From assembly GCA_902790095.1 (NCBI GenBank), contig CADAQV010000001.1, positions 1-36,976 on the forward strand: a stretch of 36,976 bases of DNA, written 5' to 3'. Shown here in pieces: positions 8,645-18,090 of the stretch (position 1 is the first letter of the stretch; every line of letters begins with the position of its first letter). The notes under the pieces are model-generated. The model made no database searches and was not told the DNA's origin. It saw nothing but the letters and a program-made list of their open reading frames with translations. Source of the DNA: an uncultured Lachnospiraceae bacterium. Its GTDB lineage: Bacteria > Bacillota > Clostridia > Lachnospirales > Lachnospiraceae. The position numbers were made by a program, and so were the translations under genes.

Positions 8645-9317
8645 ATACTTCAAACCACTTTATGGTCAGGATGAGACCCGCTACCAACGTGATGAGCGCG
8701 GCGATACCAAGTCCTTTATTTCGCCTGTTTGTGCCCTTTTGCTTTATAATAAACACGATTATACCGGCCGTGACAATATCAAGAATAAAGCCGGTAAGGC
8801 CGATGATGGCTTTTTTCTTTGCCATAAGATCTATGTAATAAACGGAAGAATAATTGTAATCCGCCATTTGACGGCGCTCTATGAAGGTGGCAAAGGCTTT
8901 CTTGACATCATGATCCATCTCCTTTACCTGGCCCGAAGCCTCTATGCCTTCTTTGTTATAAAGATCCTGGAAATAGTCAAGATCCCAGTTTTTAGGAGCT
9001 TTTGCGACCATGCAGTTCCGGTTTTCAATATCCATTATCACATAATAGTATTCCGTCCCTGTGGGGATAAAATCTATGGAATGCTCTATCCTTAAGATCT
9101 CGGGCGAACAGGCATAGACTTTTCCGGATGCAAACTTTACGGTTTTGCCCCCATCTTCCAAAAGCTTGTCCATGGACTCTTCCATGACGCTTTGACCTAT
9201 AAGCGTGTACATGCTGCTGCCGCCGACAAAGGCCAGCGCGGTGATCAGCACCAAGGCGCCGAAAAATATCAAAAGCTTGTCTTTCTTTTCCTGAATTTTT
9301 GTCTTATCTTTTTTCAT
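8643..9317 (-). CDS. Uncharacterised membrane protein (N-terminal TM, extracytoplasmic domain, two C-terminal TMs)
   Basis: The ORF track starts at GTG 9332. ATG 9317 (MKKDKTKIQ) is preferred because GGGAGAG lies just upstream and GTG 9332 lies inside the palindrome. No recognisable catalytic motif. Confidence 0.7.
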   Translation of the reverse strand: MKKDKTKIQEKKDKLLIFFGALVLITALAFVGGSSMYTLIGQSVMEESMDKLLEDGGKTVKFASGKVYACSPEILRIEHSIDFIPTGTEYYYVIMDIENRNCMVAKAPKNWDLDYFQDLYNKEGIEASGQVKEMDHDVKKAFATFIERRQMADYNYSSVYYIDLMAKKKAIIGLTGFILDIVTAGIIVFIIKQKGTNRRNKGLGIAALITLVAGLILTIKWFEV

Positions 9318-9331
9318 TTTCTCTCCCAGCA

Positions 9332-9418
9332 CAAAAAGTGAGACGGGGGGACGGGGTCAGAGTCTCATTTTTGTGGCAAAAATGAGACTCTGACCCCGTC
9401 CCCCCGTCTCACTTTTTG
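9332..9418. repeat. Perfect 87-nt palindrome (two 42-nt arms, 3-nt loop)
   Basis: CAAAAAGTGAGACGGGGGGACGGGGTCAGAGTCTCATTTTTG / TGG / exact reverse complement, with no mismatch. Each arm contains a nested TGAGAC-N17-GTCTCA. Confidence 0.95.
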
Positions 9419-9426
9419 CAATAAGA

Positions 9427-9455
9427 AAGCCGCAGTGCATAGCGCGCTGCGGCTT
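9427..9455 (-). terminator. Probable hup terminator
   Basis: AAGCCGCAG-(11-nt loop)-CTGCGGCTT starts 23 nt after the hup stop and is followed on the minus strand by TCTTATT. Confidence 0.5.
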
Positions 9456-9477
9456 AAAGATACTTTTTTAATACAGA

Positions 9478-9756
9478 TTAGTTAAGGGCATCCTTAAGAG
9501 CCTTTGCAGCCTTGAACTTAGCAGCCTTTGCAGCAGCAACCTTAACCTTGTCACCTGTTCTGGGGTTTCTAACCTCACGTGCAGGCTTGTCAACAACATC
9601 AAAGATTCCGAGGCCGTTTAAAGCAACCTTCTTGCCATCCTTGAGCTCGTCAACTGTAACAGCAACAACTGCATCAACGATCTTCTGAGCGTCGGCCTTT
9701 GTGATCGTAACTCCGCTCTTTGCGATAACTGCATCTGTAAATTCTTTCTTTGTCAT
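9478..9756 (-). CDS. hup: DNA-binding protein HU
   Basis: 92 aa. HU/IHF fold with the arm sequence LGIFDVVDKPAREVRNPRTGDKVKV. GGAGG SD. Confidence 0.95.
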   Translation of the reverse strand: MTKKEFTDAVIAKSGVTITKADAQKIVDAVVAVTVDELKDGKKVALNGLGIFDVVDKPAREVRNPRTGDKVKVAAAKAAKFKAAKALKDALN

Positions 9757-9829
9757 TTTGATCCTCCTGTCAGCGCATTTGCGCTCATGATATTATTTAT
9801 GTCCGGCAGGGCCGGAAACTTACATATTA

Positions 9830-9858
9830 TTTATACTTAGCTTTATGATATTTGTCAA
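9830..9858 (-). promoter_or_regulatory. Near-consensus sigma-A promoter for hup
   Basis: On the minus strand: TTGACA (9858-9853), 17-nt spacer, TATAAA (9835-9830). About 70 nt of leader with two short hairpins precedes the SD. Confidence 0.5.
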
Positions 9859-9872
9859 GTTAATATCCGTTA

Positions 9873-11057
9873 TCAGAGGTACTTTTTAAGCATTTCTGCC
9901 TTATCCGTGCGCTCCCAGGGCAGATCGAGATCGTTTCTTCCAAAGTGGCCGTAAGCCGCGGTCTGCTTGTAGATGGGGCGTCTTAGGTCGAGCATCTTTA
10001 TGATGCCCGCGGGGCGAAGGTCGAAATTCTCTCTTACGGCCTTTTCAAGCACCTCATCCGCTATTTTTCCGGTTCCGAATGTGTCTATCATTACGGAAGT
10101 GGGCGTTGCGACGCCTATGGCATATGAGAGCTGTATCTCGCACTTGTCCGCAAGGCCTGCGGCAACGATATTCTTTGCAACATATCTTGCGGCATAGGCT
10201 GCGGATCTGTCCACTTTTGTGGGATCCTTGCCGGAAAATGCACCGCCGCCGTGACGGGCATAGCCGCCGTATGTATCAACGATTATCTTTCTGCCGGTAA
10301 GACCGCTGTCACCTAAGGGGCCGCCTATTACGAAGCGTCCTGTGGGGTTTACGAAAAACTTGGTCTTATCGTCAACCATGTCTGCGGGAAGGATCACATC
10401 AAAGACATGCTTCTTTATATCTTCCCTTATCTGCTCTGTTGTGACAGAGTCATTATGCTGCGTGGACAAAACAACGGCATCAAACCTCTTTGCCCTGCCT
10501 TCTTCGTCGTATTCGACAGTTACCTGAGTCTTGCCGTCGGGGCGAAGATAGGGAAGCAGCCCTGTCTTTCTGACCTCTGTGAGCCTTCTTGCAAGCTTGT
10601 GAGCGTAATATATAGGAACGGGCATATAGCTGTCGGTCTCGTTTGTTGCATAACCGAACATCATGCCCTGGTCGCCTGCGCCGGTGTTAAGGCTTTCATC
10701 CGACCATTCGCCGTTCTTCTCTTCGTAGCATTCATCAACGCCCATGGCGATATCGGCAGACTGTTCGTCTATTGTGGTTATAACGCCACAGGTCTCGGCA
10801 TCAAAGCCGAATTTTGCCCTTGTATAGCCTATCTCTTTTACTGTATTCCTTACGATCTTCTGTATATCCACATACGCTTTTGTGGTGATCTCGCCCATTA
10901 CCATGACAAGACCTGTGGTGCAGCAGGTCTCGCATGCCACGCGGCTGTACGGATCCTGCTCTAAAAGCGCGTCAAGTATCGCATCGGATATCTGATCGCA
11001 GATTTTGTCGGGATGCCCCTCTGTGACAGACTCAGAGGTAAAAAACCTTTTGCTCAT
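9873..11057 (-). CDS. metK: S-adenosylmethionine synthetase
   Basis: 394 aa. [24 protein letters not shown] and other MetK hallmarks. The ATG is only 12 nt after the murA stop. Confidence 0.98.
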   Translation of the reverse strand: MSKRFFTSESVTEGHPDKICDQISDAILDALLEQDPYSRVACETCCTTGLVMVMGEITTKAYVDIQKIVRNTVKEIGYTRAKFGFDAETCGVITTIDEQSADIAMGVDECYEEKNGEWSDESLNTGAGDQGMMFGYATNETDSYMPVPIYYAHKLARRLTEVRKTGLLPYLRPDGKTQVTVEYDEEGRAKRFDAVVLSTQHNDSVTTEQIREDIKKHVFDVILPADMVDDKTKFFVNPTGRFVIGGPLGDSGLTGRKIIVDTYGGYARHGGGAFSGKDPTKVDRSAAYAARYVAKNIVAAGLADKCEIQLSYAIGVATPTSVMIDTFGTGKIADEVLEKAVRENFDLRPAGIIKMLDLRRPIYKQTAAYGHFGRNDLDLPWERTDKAEMLKKYL

Positions 11058-11069
11058 ATTTAATTATCC

Positions 11070-12362
11070 TTATCCTACTTTATATTTAAACTTCTGCACC
11101 TCGTCTTCAGAGCTTACTCTTTCGATCTCGGCGCCAAGTTCACGGAGCTTTTCTACAAAGCTCTCATATCCTCTTTCAATGTATGCAACTTCTTCTACCG
11201 TGGTAAAGCCTTCTGCCGCAAGACCGGCTATAACGACGGCCGCGCCCGCGCGAAGGTCCGTGGCAACGACTCTTGCGCCGGAGAGCATGTTTACGCCCTC
11301 TATCATTGCGACATTGCCTTCCACCTTTATGTCTGCGCCCATGCGGACAAGTTCATCGACATACTGGAAACGGTTTTCGAAAATGCTTTCCGTAATGGTG
11401 CTCCTGCCGTCCGCAAGCGCCAAAACAACGGCCATCTGGGACTGCATATCTGTGGGAAAACCCGGGTATGGAAGCGTTTTTATATGTGTTGCGCTCATAT
11501 GATTGCTTCCGATGACCCTTACCGCGTCATCTTCTTCCACTACCTCGCAGCCTATTTCCCTGAGCTTTGAGCTTATGGACTCTAAGTGCTTTGGAATAAC
11601 ATTTTTTAAAACGACATCGCCCCTTGTGGCAGCTGCGGCCATCATAAACGTGCCGGCTTCTATCTGGTCGGGAATGATGGAATATTCACACCCGTGAAGC
11701 TCCGGAACGCCCTTTATCCTGATGACATCCGTTCCCGCGCCTTTGATGTTTGCGCCCATACAGTTGAGCATATTGGCAACATCTACGACATGGGGCTCCT
11801 TTGCGGCATTTTCTATTATGGTCTTGCCCTCGGCAAGAGATGCCGCAAGCATTATATTTATCGTGGCGCCTACAGAGACAACGTCCATGTAGATATGCGT
11901 GCCGACAAGACGGCTCGCGTGGGCAAGGATCATTCCGCCTTTTATCCTCACATCGGCGCCTATTGCCCTGAATCCCTTCAGATGCTGGTCTATAGGTCTT
12001 GAACCTATGTTGCAGCCACCCGGCATATCGACCTCCGCATGATGATATTTTCCAAGCAATGCCCCGACCATGTAATATCCCCCGCGGAGCTTCTGTATGT
12101 AATCATTGTCTACCTGAGTAGTGCGGATGGTAGATGCATTTATAAGTACCTTGTTTCCTTCCTTTCTTTCGACCACGGCTCCGATATCGGCTATGGCGTC
12201 AAGAAGGTATTCCACATCCTGCACTTTGGGCACATTTTCTATTATTACGGTTTCATTGGTCATAACGGCACCTGCCAGTATTCCCAATGCAGCATTCTTT
12301 GCGCCGGCGATGGTTACCTCGCCGCTCAAAGGTGCTCCCCCCTTCATAATATACTGTTCCAT
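11070..12362 (-). CDS. murA: UDP-N-acetylglucosamine 1-carboxyvinyltransferase
   Basis: Active-site loop PGGCNIGSRPID. Start moved from 12422 to ATG 12362 (MEQYIMKGGAPLSGEV), which matches the usual MurA N-terminus and has AAGGTGG upstream. Confidence 0.95.
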   Translation of the reverse strand: MEQYIMKGGAPLSGEVTIAGAKNAALGILAGAVMTNETVIIENVPKVQDVEYLLDAIADIGAVVERKEGNKVLINASTIRTTQVDNDYIQKLRGGYYMVGALLGKYHHAEVDMPGGCNIGSRPIDQHLKGFRAIGADVRIKGGMILAHASRLVGTHIYMDVVSVGATINIMLAASLAEGKTIIENAAKEPHVVDVANMLNCMGANIKGAGTDVIRIKGVPELHGCEYSIIPDQIEAGTFMMAAAATRGDVVLKNVIPKHLESISSKLREIGCEVVEEDDAVRVIGSNHMSATHIKTLPYPGFPTDMQSQMAVVLALADGRSTITESIFENRFQYVDELVRMGADIKVEGNVAMIEGVNMLSGARVVATDLRAGAAVVIAGLAAEGFTTVEEVAYIERGYESFVEKLRELGAEIERVSSEDEVQKFKYKVG

Positions 12363-12451
12363 AATCCACCTTGTATCTATGTGGGCGTTATCCGTACCTA
12401 AAAAAGGGCGCAGTCTGCCCATGCATACTTTTCACATTCTACCCGATTATA

Positions 12452-13042
12452 TCACATTTTGCCTTTTTGTAAAGCATTACTTTTTTTGCACACCGAGAAG
12501 CCGAATCCGCCTATTTTTTTCCCGGTCTCATAATATCCGCCGTGGATATATGATATAAGCCCGGACGAGGCAAGATCGAGCCTGCCTTTTTCGTCTATAT
12601 ATTTCTCGTCCGCATCCACGGAAAGCACCTTTGCAAGGAATATATCATGGCTGCCGGGTTCAAGCACCTGCGTCACTCTGCATTCTATGCTTACGGGGCT
12701 TTCTTTAATGACAGGCACCTTAATAAACTCTGCCTTTTCCCTTGTAAGCCCGGTCTGTGCCCATTTATCGACGTCTCTTCCGCTCTTTACGCCGCAAAGA
12801 TCACATGCGTATGCCATTTCCTTTGTGACCAGGTTTATGGCAAATTCGCCCGTTTCAAGAAGCATGTGATGACTGAACCTGCTCTTTTTTACGGATATGG
12901 ACACCATTGCGGGGTCCGAACATACGGTTCCCGCCCATGCCACCGTTATTATATTGTCATTTCCGTTTTTATCCGCTACCGTGACCATTACGGCCGGAAG
13001 CGGATAGAGCATATTGCCGGGTCTCCAAATGACTTTTGACAT
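12452..13042 (-). CDS. Flavin reductase-like (FMN-binding split-barrel) protein
   Basis: 196 aa. Typical N-terminal PAVMVTV...NIITVAWAGTVCSDPAMVSISV pattern of flavoredoxin/flavin reductase family proteins. Abuts the ppaC stop. Confidence 0.8.
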   Translation of the reverse strand: MSKVIWRPGNMLYPLPAVMVTVADKNGNDNIITVAWAGTVCSDPAMVSISVKKSRFSHHMLLETGEFAINLVTKEMAYACDLCGVKSGRDVDKWAQTGLTREKAEFIKVPVIKESPVSIECRVTQVLEPGSHDIFLAKVLSVDADEKYIDEKGRLDLASSGLISYIHGGYYETGKKIGGFGFSVCKKSNALQKGKM

Positions 13043-14677
13043 TTATAAAACTCCTGTTACAGAAGGTATAAACTGCTTTTTTCTCGACACAAGGCCCTTT
13101 ATAAGGATCTTGTCGGTGCCCGCAGGGATGCCAAAGGCTTTTTCAAGCGCTTCCTGCGCGCCCGCACCCGCCGCAAGGATCTCGGAGTCCTCGTCCGGAA
13201 TGCTTGTCATAATAAAGAACAAAAGGTCTGTGCTTTGCTTCTTTACGGCCGTCGCCATATATTTTTTCATCCTGTCTCTTATGCCGTCAAGTAATTCCCT
13301 GCTCATGCAGTTTATCTGTGCCACGCCAAGAAGATGTTCGCCTGCGGCAAACTCCTTGTAATCCTGGCGGAAGATCTGTTCTGCGCTCTTGCTTGAAAAA
13401 TCAGAGCCTGCTATAAACATTTCGTTCGCATATTTTTCCGGATTGATCTGGGCGATGAGCGCAAGCTTTTCTGCGGCCTGACGATCGTGAATGGTGCATG
13501 TGGGCGACCTGAAAAGCAGTGTATCCGAAATGATGGCCGAACACAAAAGCCCTGCAGTCACCTTGTCTATCGGGATCTTTTCCTCCAAATACATCTGATA
13601 GATTATGGTCGCAGTGCAGCCCACCGGCTGGTTCCGGAAATATATGGGTGAAAACGTGGATATGGTCCCGATCCTGTGATGATCTATTATCTCAAGTATC
13701 TCGGCGTTTTCTATTCCGTCACAAGCCTGCGATTTTTCGTTGTGATCGACCAATATGAGCTGCTTTGGCTTCATACCCAAAAGATTTCGCCTTGACAGCA
13801 TCCCAAGGTAATAGCCGGAATGATCTATTATGGGAAAATACCTGTGCCTCAACCTTGCCATGGTCTCTGCGACCTCTTCCATAAGATCGTCCGGAGTAAA
13901 GGTCACCAGATTTTCCCCCGTCATGATCTGCTCTGCCGGAATGCTCTGATTTATGAGATGCGAAACGGTATATGTATCGTTCTTTGTTCCTATCAGGATA
14001 CAGCCCTTTTCCTCGGCCATCTTTTTGACCGTGGCGGATACAGTCGCACCGCAGCAGGCGATTATCATGCCCGCATTCATCTCAAGGGCGCAAAGCTGCA
14101 CCTCATATCTGTTGCCGACCAGAACTATGTCATTTTTTTCTATGAAGCTTTCCATTACTTCGGGCGCAGAGGCCGCAACAAGCACCTTTCCGTCCGGGCA
14201 GACATCCTTTATGTCTCCTACGATAAGCTTTCCGTCTATTGTTTCTATTATATTTTTAACGGTCGTATGCGCCCTTGCAAGGCCGCGGTTGTCCTCGTCA
14301 AGGTATGCCCCCGCAATGTCTTTCAGCGTGACCAGACCGACAAGCTTTTTCTTTTTTACAACAGGCACCGTTTCAACGCCGACGTCCTGCATCCTCTGCC
14401 ATGCTTTACGGATGCTCGTATCCGTCGTGATGCCTTCCATCCGTCGCCACTCGACATCCTTTACCTGCGTGGAAACATCCTCCACAAGCTCCGGCTCTTC
14501 TGCGCCGAAATATTTAAGGACAAAGGCGGTCTCCTGATTTATCTTTCCGGCCCTTTTGGCCTCAAACCTGTTTCCTTCAAGTTTGTTTTTAAGTGCCGCA
14601 TAGCAGATCGCAGAGCACACGGAGTCCGTATCGGGATTCTTGTGCCCTATGACCCATACCTTTCTGTTGTTGTCCAT
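13043..14677 (-). CDS. ppaC: CBS-domain-containing family II (DHH) inorganic pyrophosphatase
   Basis: 544 aa. DHH motifs GHKNPDTDS, ILVDHNE and IIDHHRIG, an internal CBS-pair/DRTGG-type insert, and a C-terminal DHHA2-like region. Confidence 0.88.
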   Translation of the reverse strand: MDNNRKVWVIGHKNPDTDSVCSAICYAALKNKLEGNRFEAKRAGKINQETAFVLKYFGAEEPELVEDVSTQVKDVEWRRMEGITTDTSIRKAWQRMQDVGVETVPVVKKKKLVGLVTLKDIAGAYLDEDNRGLARAHTTVKNIIETIDGKLIVGDIKDVCPDGKVLVAASAPEVMESFIEKNDIVLVGNRYEVQLCALEMNAGMIIACCGATVSATVKKMAEEKGCILIGTKNDTYTVSHLINQSIPAEQIMTGENLVTFTPDDLMEEVAETMARLRHRYFPIIDHSGYYLGMLSRRNLLGMKPKQLILVDHNEKSQACDGIENAEILEIIDHHRIGTISTFSPIYFRNQPVGCTATIIYQMYLEEKIPIDKVTAGLLCSAIISDTLLFRSPTCTIHDRQAAEKLALIAQINPEKYANEMFIAGSDFSSKSAEQIFRQDYKEFAAGEHLLGVAQINCMSRELLDGIRDRMKKYMATAVKKQSTDLLFFIMTSIPDEDSEILAAGAGAQEALEKAFGIPAGTDKILIKGLVSRKKQFIPSVTGVL

Positions 14678-14700
14678 ATATACCTCATTATATCAAAAAT

Positions 14701-14735
14701 CCCGTTCCCACCTGATCAAAGACGCGGGAACGGGG
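14701..14735 (-). terminator. Intrinsic terminator after the 280-aa coiled-coil gene
   Basis: On the minus strand: CCCCGTTCCC-(16-nt loop)-GGGAACGGG followed by ATTTTTG. GATATAAT plus GAGG then precede the ppaC ATG. Confidence 0.6.
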
Positions 14736-14759
14736 TATATGTCCTGCCGAAAATAAAAA

Positions 14760-15602
14760 CTATGGCAGGAGATTGATGACATTAAAGATTATAAGCGCCG
14801 CAATGATGATTATGTCGAGCCAGATAAGAATTCCCATTATGTTTTTGTGGGATGAGATAACATTTGTAAATTCATCATAGCTTTCATGGAGATCTTCGAT
14901 CTGTTCCTCTGAAGATTTCATCGAACGGTAAAGCTCTGTGACTGTACGGTCGTTGTTGTTCCTCTCACGGTTCAGCTGCTTTCTAAGCTGATCCATGGAC
15001 TGATTGTTCTCCTCAAGAGCGGTCTTGAAGTTGGCAAAATTCTCTCTCATGGCAGCATAGTCTATGGTCATGAGTGCCTGATCCTTTTCCTGAACGTGAG
15101 CAACAAGTTCGGCATTCTTTTCAGTCTGCTTGTCCATGCGGCTCTGAATATCTGCAAGGAATTCCTTGTTCTCTTCGTTTGCCTTGCTGACAGAATTGAT
15201 GACCTCATTCTGCTTTGCAAACTGCTTTGTGATCTCTTCGTAGATCTTGTCTACCTGCTCTTGAATATGGGAATTGTCGGCATTTACGACAGCCGTTCCG
15301 TCTCCGCTTGCTATGCTGATATTGGACATGGCATCCCTGACAGCTTTGCTGACCGCCTCCTGGATCTGTTCATTTACAGCCTGCTGTCCGGCCTGCTGAG
15401 CCATGGCCTCCTTAAGGCTTGAAGCGATGATCTGTCTTAAAGCATCCTCATCCTGTCTGGGAGCTGCCGTAGCCATTGCATCCTGAACATATTCGGACAC
15501 GATATCCTTAACTTTTTCTTCGGAAATACCGCCGGCTGCGGTCTGTCTGTCCGCACGGGTAGCCCTCTGCTGCTTCAAAGCGTTCTCTAATAAGTTTGCC
15601 AT
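14760..15602 (-). CDS. Uncharacterised tail-anchored coiled-coil protein
   Basis: 280 aa. Q/E/K-rich heptad-like sequence over most of the length and a single C-terminal TM (IMGILIWLDIIIIAALIIFNVI). No enzymatic motif. Confidence 0.7.
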   Translation of the reverse strand: MANLLENALKQQRATRADRQTAAGGISEEKVKDIVSEYVQDAMATAAPRQDEDALRQIIASSLKEAMAQQAGQQAVNEQIQEAVSKAVRDAMSNISIASGDGTAVVNADNSHIQEQVDKIYEEITKQFAKQNEVINSVSKANEENKEFLADIQSRMDKQTEKNAELVAHVQEKDQALMTIDYAAMRENFANFKTALEENNQSMDQLRKQLNRERNNNDRTVTELYRSMKSSEEQIEDLHESYDEFTNVISSHKNIMGILIWLDIIIIAALIIFNVINLLP

Positions 15603-15662
15603 CTTTGCATTTCTCCTTTCAAGAGCCCAAACTATTTATTTCCAACATCCGGTCATATGTTT

Positions 15663-15977
15663 TTATGAATTTTCTTCTGTTTCCGGTTCGGTCCCGGTTT
15701 CCTGTTCTGCGGCCTGAGTGGTCTCGTCCTCAAGAGTTAGCCCGCATATGTCGCCGATAAGATAATTTGTGGAAGAATAATCCGGTCTGGAATCAAGATA
15801 AGTACGATATTTCCCGATGCCCCAGAGGCCGACGCCCACCAGCACTCCTGCCACAACGAGAATGCCGACAAGCCTTACGATAAGGGTCGCCGCGGTCTTT
15901 TTGCGCTTCTCTTTTGCCAGGATCTTCTTCTTGTTTTTCTTGTAATCCTTATATTTGTCTACTTTTGCCTGACTCAT
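15663..15977 (-). CDS. Uncharacterised small membrane protein (Lys-rich N-terminus, one TM, acidic C-terminus)
   Basis: 104 aa. KYKDYKKNKKKILAKEKRKK, then LIVRLVGILVVAGVLVGVGLWGI, then an E/T-rich tail. AAGGA SD. Confidence 0.6.
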   Translation of the reverse strand: MSQAKVDKYKDYKKNKKKILAKEKRKKTAATLIVRLVGILVVAGVLVGVGLWGIGKYRTYLDSRPDYSSTNYLIGDICGLTLEDETTQAAEQETGTEPETEENS

Positions 15978-16105
15978 TTTTTTATTCCTTCAAAACGATT
16001 ATATTTCTGTACTTTTATACTATATCACATTTATCGGAAAAAGAGTATATGTTTTTTTACATTTTTTTTATTTTTTTTGTTTTTCCGCTTTTAATGCCGT
16101 AAGTA

Positions 16106-17050
16106 TCAAAGTATCAGCTTTGCGGCCCCGTAGATTCCGGCGTCGTTACCAAGCGTTGCAAGCTTGAATGTCGCTTTTTTATGTATGATATGCGAGAATC
16201 TTTCAAAGTATGAAGATATGCCGTTTGTGAGGATATCCCCTGCCCTTGAAACACCTCCGCCGATAACGAATTCGTCCGGATCCACTGTCATGGCAACGTT
16301 GGCACTTGCAAGCCCGAGATACATGCAAAGTGTATCTACCGCCTTTGCGGCGAGCTCATCCCCTGCCTTTGCCTCGTCAAACACCTGCTTCGCGGTAAGG
16401 TCTGCTATGCCGCGAAGCGAGCTTCCCATATCGGTGGAATTCATAAGCCTTCTCGCCATGCGGACTACACCCGTTGCGGATGCATACTGTTCAAGGCAGC
16501 CGTGATTGCCGCAGTTGCACGCAAGCGGTTCTTCGGGATTTACAACGATATGTCCGAGCTCTCCGCCCGCGCCGTGAACGCCGTCAACGATCTTTCCGCC
16601 TATGATGATGCCGCCGCCAACACCTGTTCCGAGTGTGAGCATAACAACATTGTCAACGCCTGCGGCCGCACCCTTAAAGCTTTCTCCAAGAGCGGCAACG
16701 TTCGCGTCATTTCCCGCCTTTACCTCTATTCCGTCAAGAAGCGCGGAAAGAACTCTGTCCGGATGATAATCCCTCCAGCCGAGATTCGGACAGTGGGGCA
16801 CGAAACCGTCTCCCTGAACAGGTCCGGGAACGCCTACTCCCACTCCTGCAACATCGGACATTTTGATATCATGCGCCGCAAGATTTGCTTCTATGGCTTC
16901 GGCAACATCCTTAAGGATGGTATCCCCGCCGTTCTCTTTTCTTGTGGGTATCTCCCATTTGTCGATAAGTGTACCGTTTTCGTCAAAAAGGCCGTTCTTT
17001 ACGCTGGTCCCGCCTATATCAACACCGACAACATACTTTTTCTTCTGCAT
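16106..17050 (-). CDS. glcK: ROK-family glucokinase
   Basis: 314 aa. N-terminal DIGGTSVK, and the ROK zinc motif CNCGNHGCLEQYAS. Confidence 0.9.
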   Translation of the reverse strand: MQKKKYVVGVDIGGTSVKNGLFDENGTLIDKWEIPTRKENGGDTILKDVAEAIEANLAAHDIKMSDVAGVGVGVPGPVQGDGFVPHCPNLGWRDYHPDRVLSALLDGIEVKAGNDANVAALGESFKGAAAGVDNVVMLTLGTGVGGGIIIGGKIVDGVHGAGGELGHIVVNPEEPLACNCGNHGCLEQYASATGVVRMARRLMNSTDMGSSLRGIADLTAKQVFDEAKAGDELAAKAVDTLCMYLGLASANVAMTVDPDEFVIGGGVSRAGDILTNGISSYFERFSHIIHKKATFKLATLGNDAGIYGAAKLIL

Positions 17051-17065
17051 ATCATTTACCTCCGA

Positions 17066-18082
17066 TCAATCCTTAAATCCGTTCGGATTGTTTTTCTGCC
17101 ATCTCCAGGAATCCTCACACATCTCTTCGATCCCTCTTTCGGCCTTCCAGCCAAGTTCTTTTTCTGCGAGAGACGGATCCGCATAGCATGCATCAATATC
17201 CCCCGGTCTTCTTGGCATTATCTCGTAATTTATCTTTACACCGCTTGCCTTTTCAAACGCCTTTACCACATCAAGAACACTGTAGCCCGTGCCCGTTCCG
17301 AGGTTGCATATGAAAAGTCCGGCTTTTTCTTCTATCTTTTTCAGCGCTTTTACATGGCCGATGGCAAGATCCACAACATGGATATAATCCCTTACACCCG
17401 TTCCGTCATGTGTCTTGTAATCATTTCCGAACACTCCGAGCTTCGGAAGCTTTCCTACAGCAACCTGTGTAATGTAAGGCATGAGGTTGTTCGGAATACC
17501 GTTTGGATCTTCTCCCAAAATGCCGCTCTTATGAGCGCCTATGGGATTGAAATAACGAAGGAGGATTACATTCCATTCGTTATCAGTCTTCTGAATGTCC
17601 GAAAGGATCTGTTCGAGCATGGACTTTGTCCAGCCGTAAGGATTGGTGCACACTCCCTTGGGGCAGCTTTCGGTTATCGGAACAAAAGCCGGGTCTCCGT
17701 AAACTGTCGCGGAAGAAGAAAAAATGATATTCTTGCAGCCGTTATTTCTCATGACATCCACAAGATTCAAGGTGCCCGTTATATTGTTGTTGTAATATTC
17801 CCACGGTTTTCTGACCGATTCGCCAACGGCCTTGAGCCCCGCAAAATGTATAACGGCAGTGATATCTTCTTTCTTGAAAATCTCTTCCATGCCTTGCTTG
17901 TCAAGAAGGTCCACCTGATAAAAGGGAAAGCTCTTTCCCGTCAGCTTTTCCACCCTCTCAAGGCTTTTTTTGCTGGAATTGCAAAGATTGTCCATTACCA
18001 CGATGTCTTTTCCCGCATTAAGCAGCTCGACACAGGTATGACTTCCGATAAATCCGGCTCCGCCGGTCACTAATATTGCCAT
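17066..18082 (-). CDS. galE: UDP-glucose 4-epimerase
   Basis: 338 aa. GGAGFIGSH Rossmann motif, catalytic YGWTK (YxxxK), and full-length GalE-like sequence. Confidence 0.95.
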   Translation of the reverse strand: MAILVTGGAGFIGSHTCVELLNAGKDIVVMDNLCNSSKKSLERVEKLTGKSFPFYQVDLLDKQGMEEIFKKEDITAVIHFAGLKAVGESVRKPWEYYNNNITGTLNLVDVMRNNGCKNIIFSSSATVYGDPAFVPITESCPKGVCTNPYGWTKSMLEQILSDIQKTDNEWNVILLRYFNPIGAHKSGILGEDPNGIPNNLMPYITQVAVGKLPKLGVFGNDYKTHDGTGVRDYIHVVDLAIGHVKALKKIEEKAGLFICNLGTGTGYSVLDVVKAFEKASGVKINYEIMPRRPGDIDACYADPSLAEKELGWKAERGIEEMCEDSWRWQKNNPNGFKD

Positions 18083-18090
18083 ATCTCCTC

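Noticed and set aside
9332-9418. The palindrome read as an invertible-promoter switch, a tRNA-like gene or a CRISPR repeat.
   Set aside because: The arms are separated by only 3 nt, so there is nothing to invert. There is no cloverleaf or anticodon structure. Only one copy is present in the window.
12363-12422. N-terminal extensions in the ORF track: murA to 12422, pgi to 26270, the 364-aa protein to 20648, tadZ-like to 32013, the membrane protein to 9332, atpC to 32611, and the 88-aa protein from 20578.
   Set aside because: In each case an internal ATG has a proper SD and gives the family-typical N-terminus. The extensions are non-homologous junk or begin at non-ATG codons with no SD.
16502-18073. 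A 523-aa ORF on the plus strand, strikingly long.
   Set aside because: It runs antisense to glcK, the intergenic gap and galE, both of which have unmistakable family motifs. The translation is low-complexity and Arg/Cys/Phe-rich, with no SD and no recognisable motifs. It is a shadow ORF.
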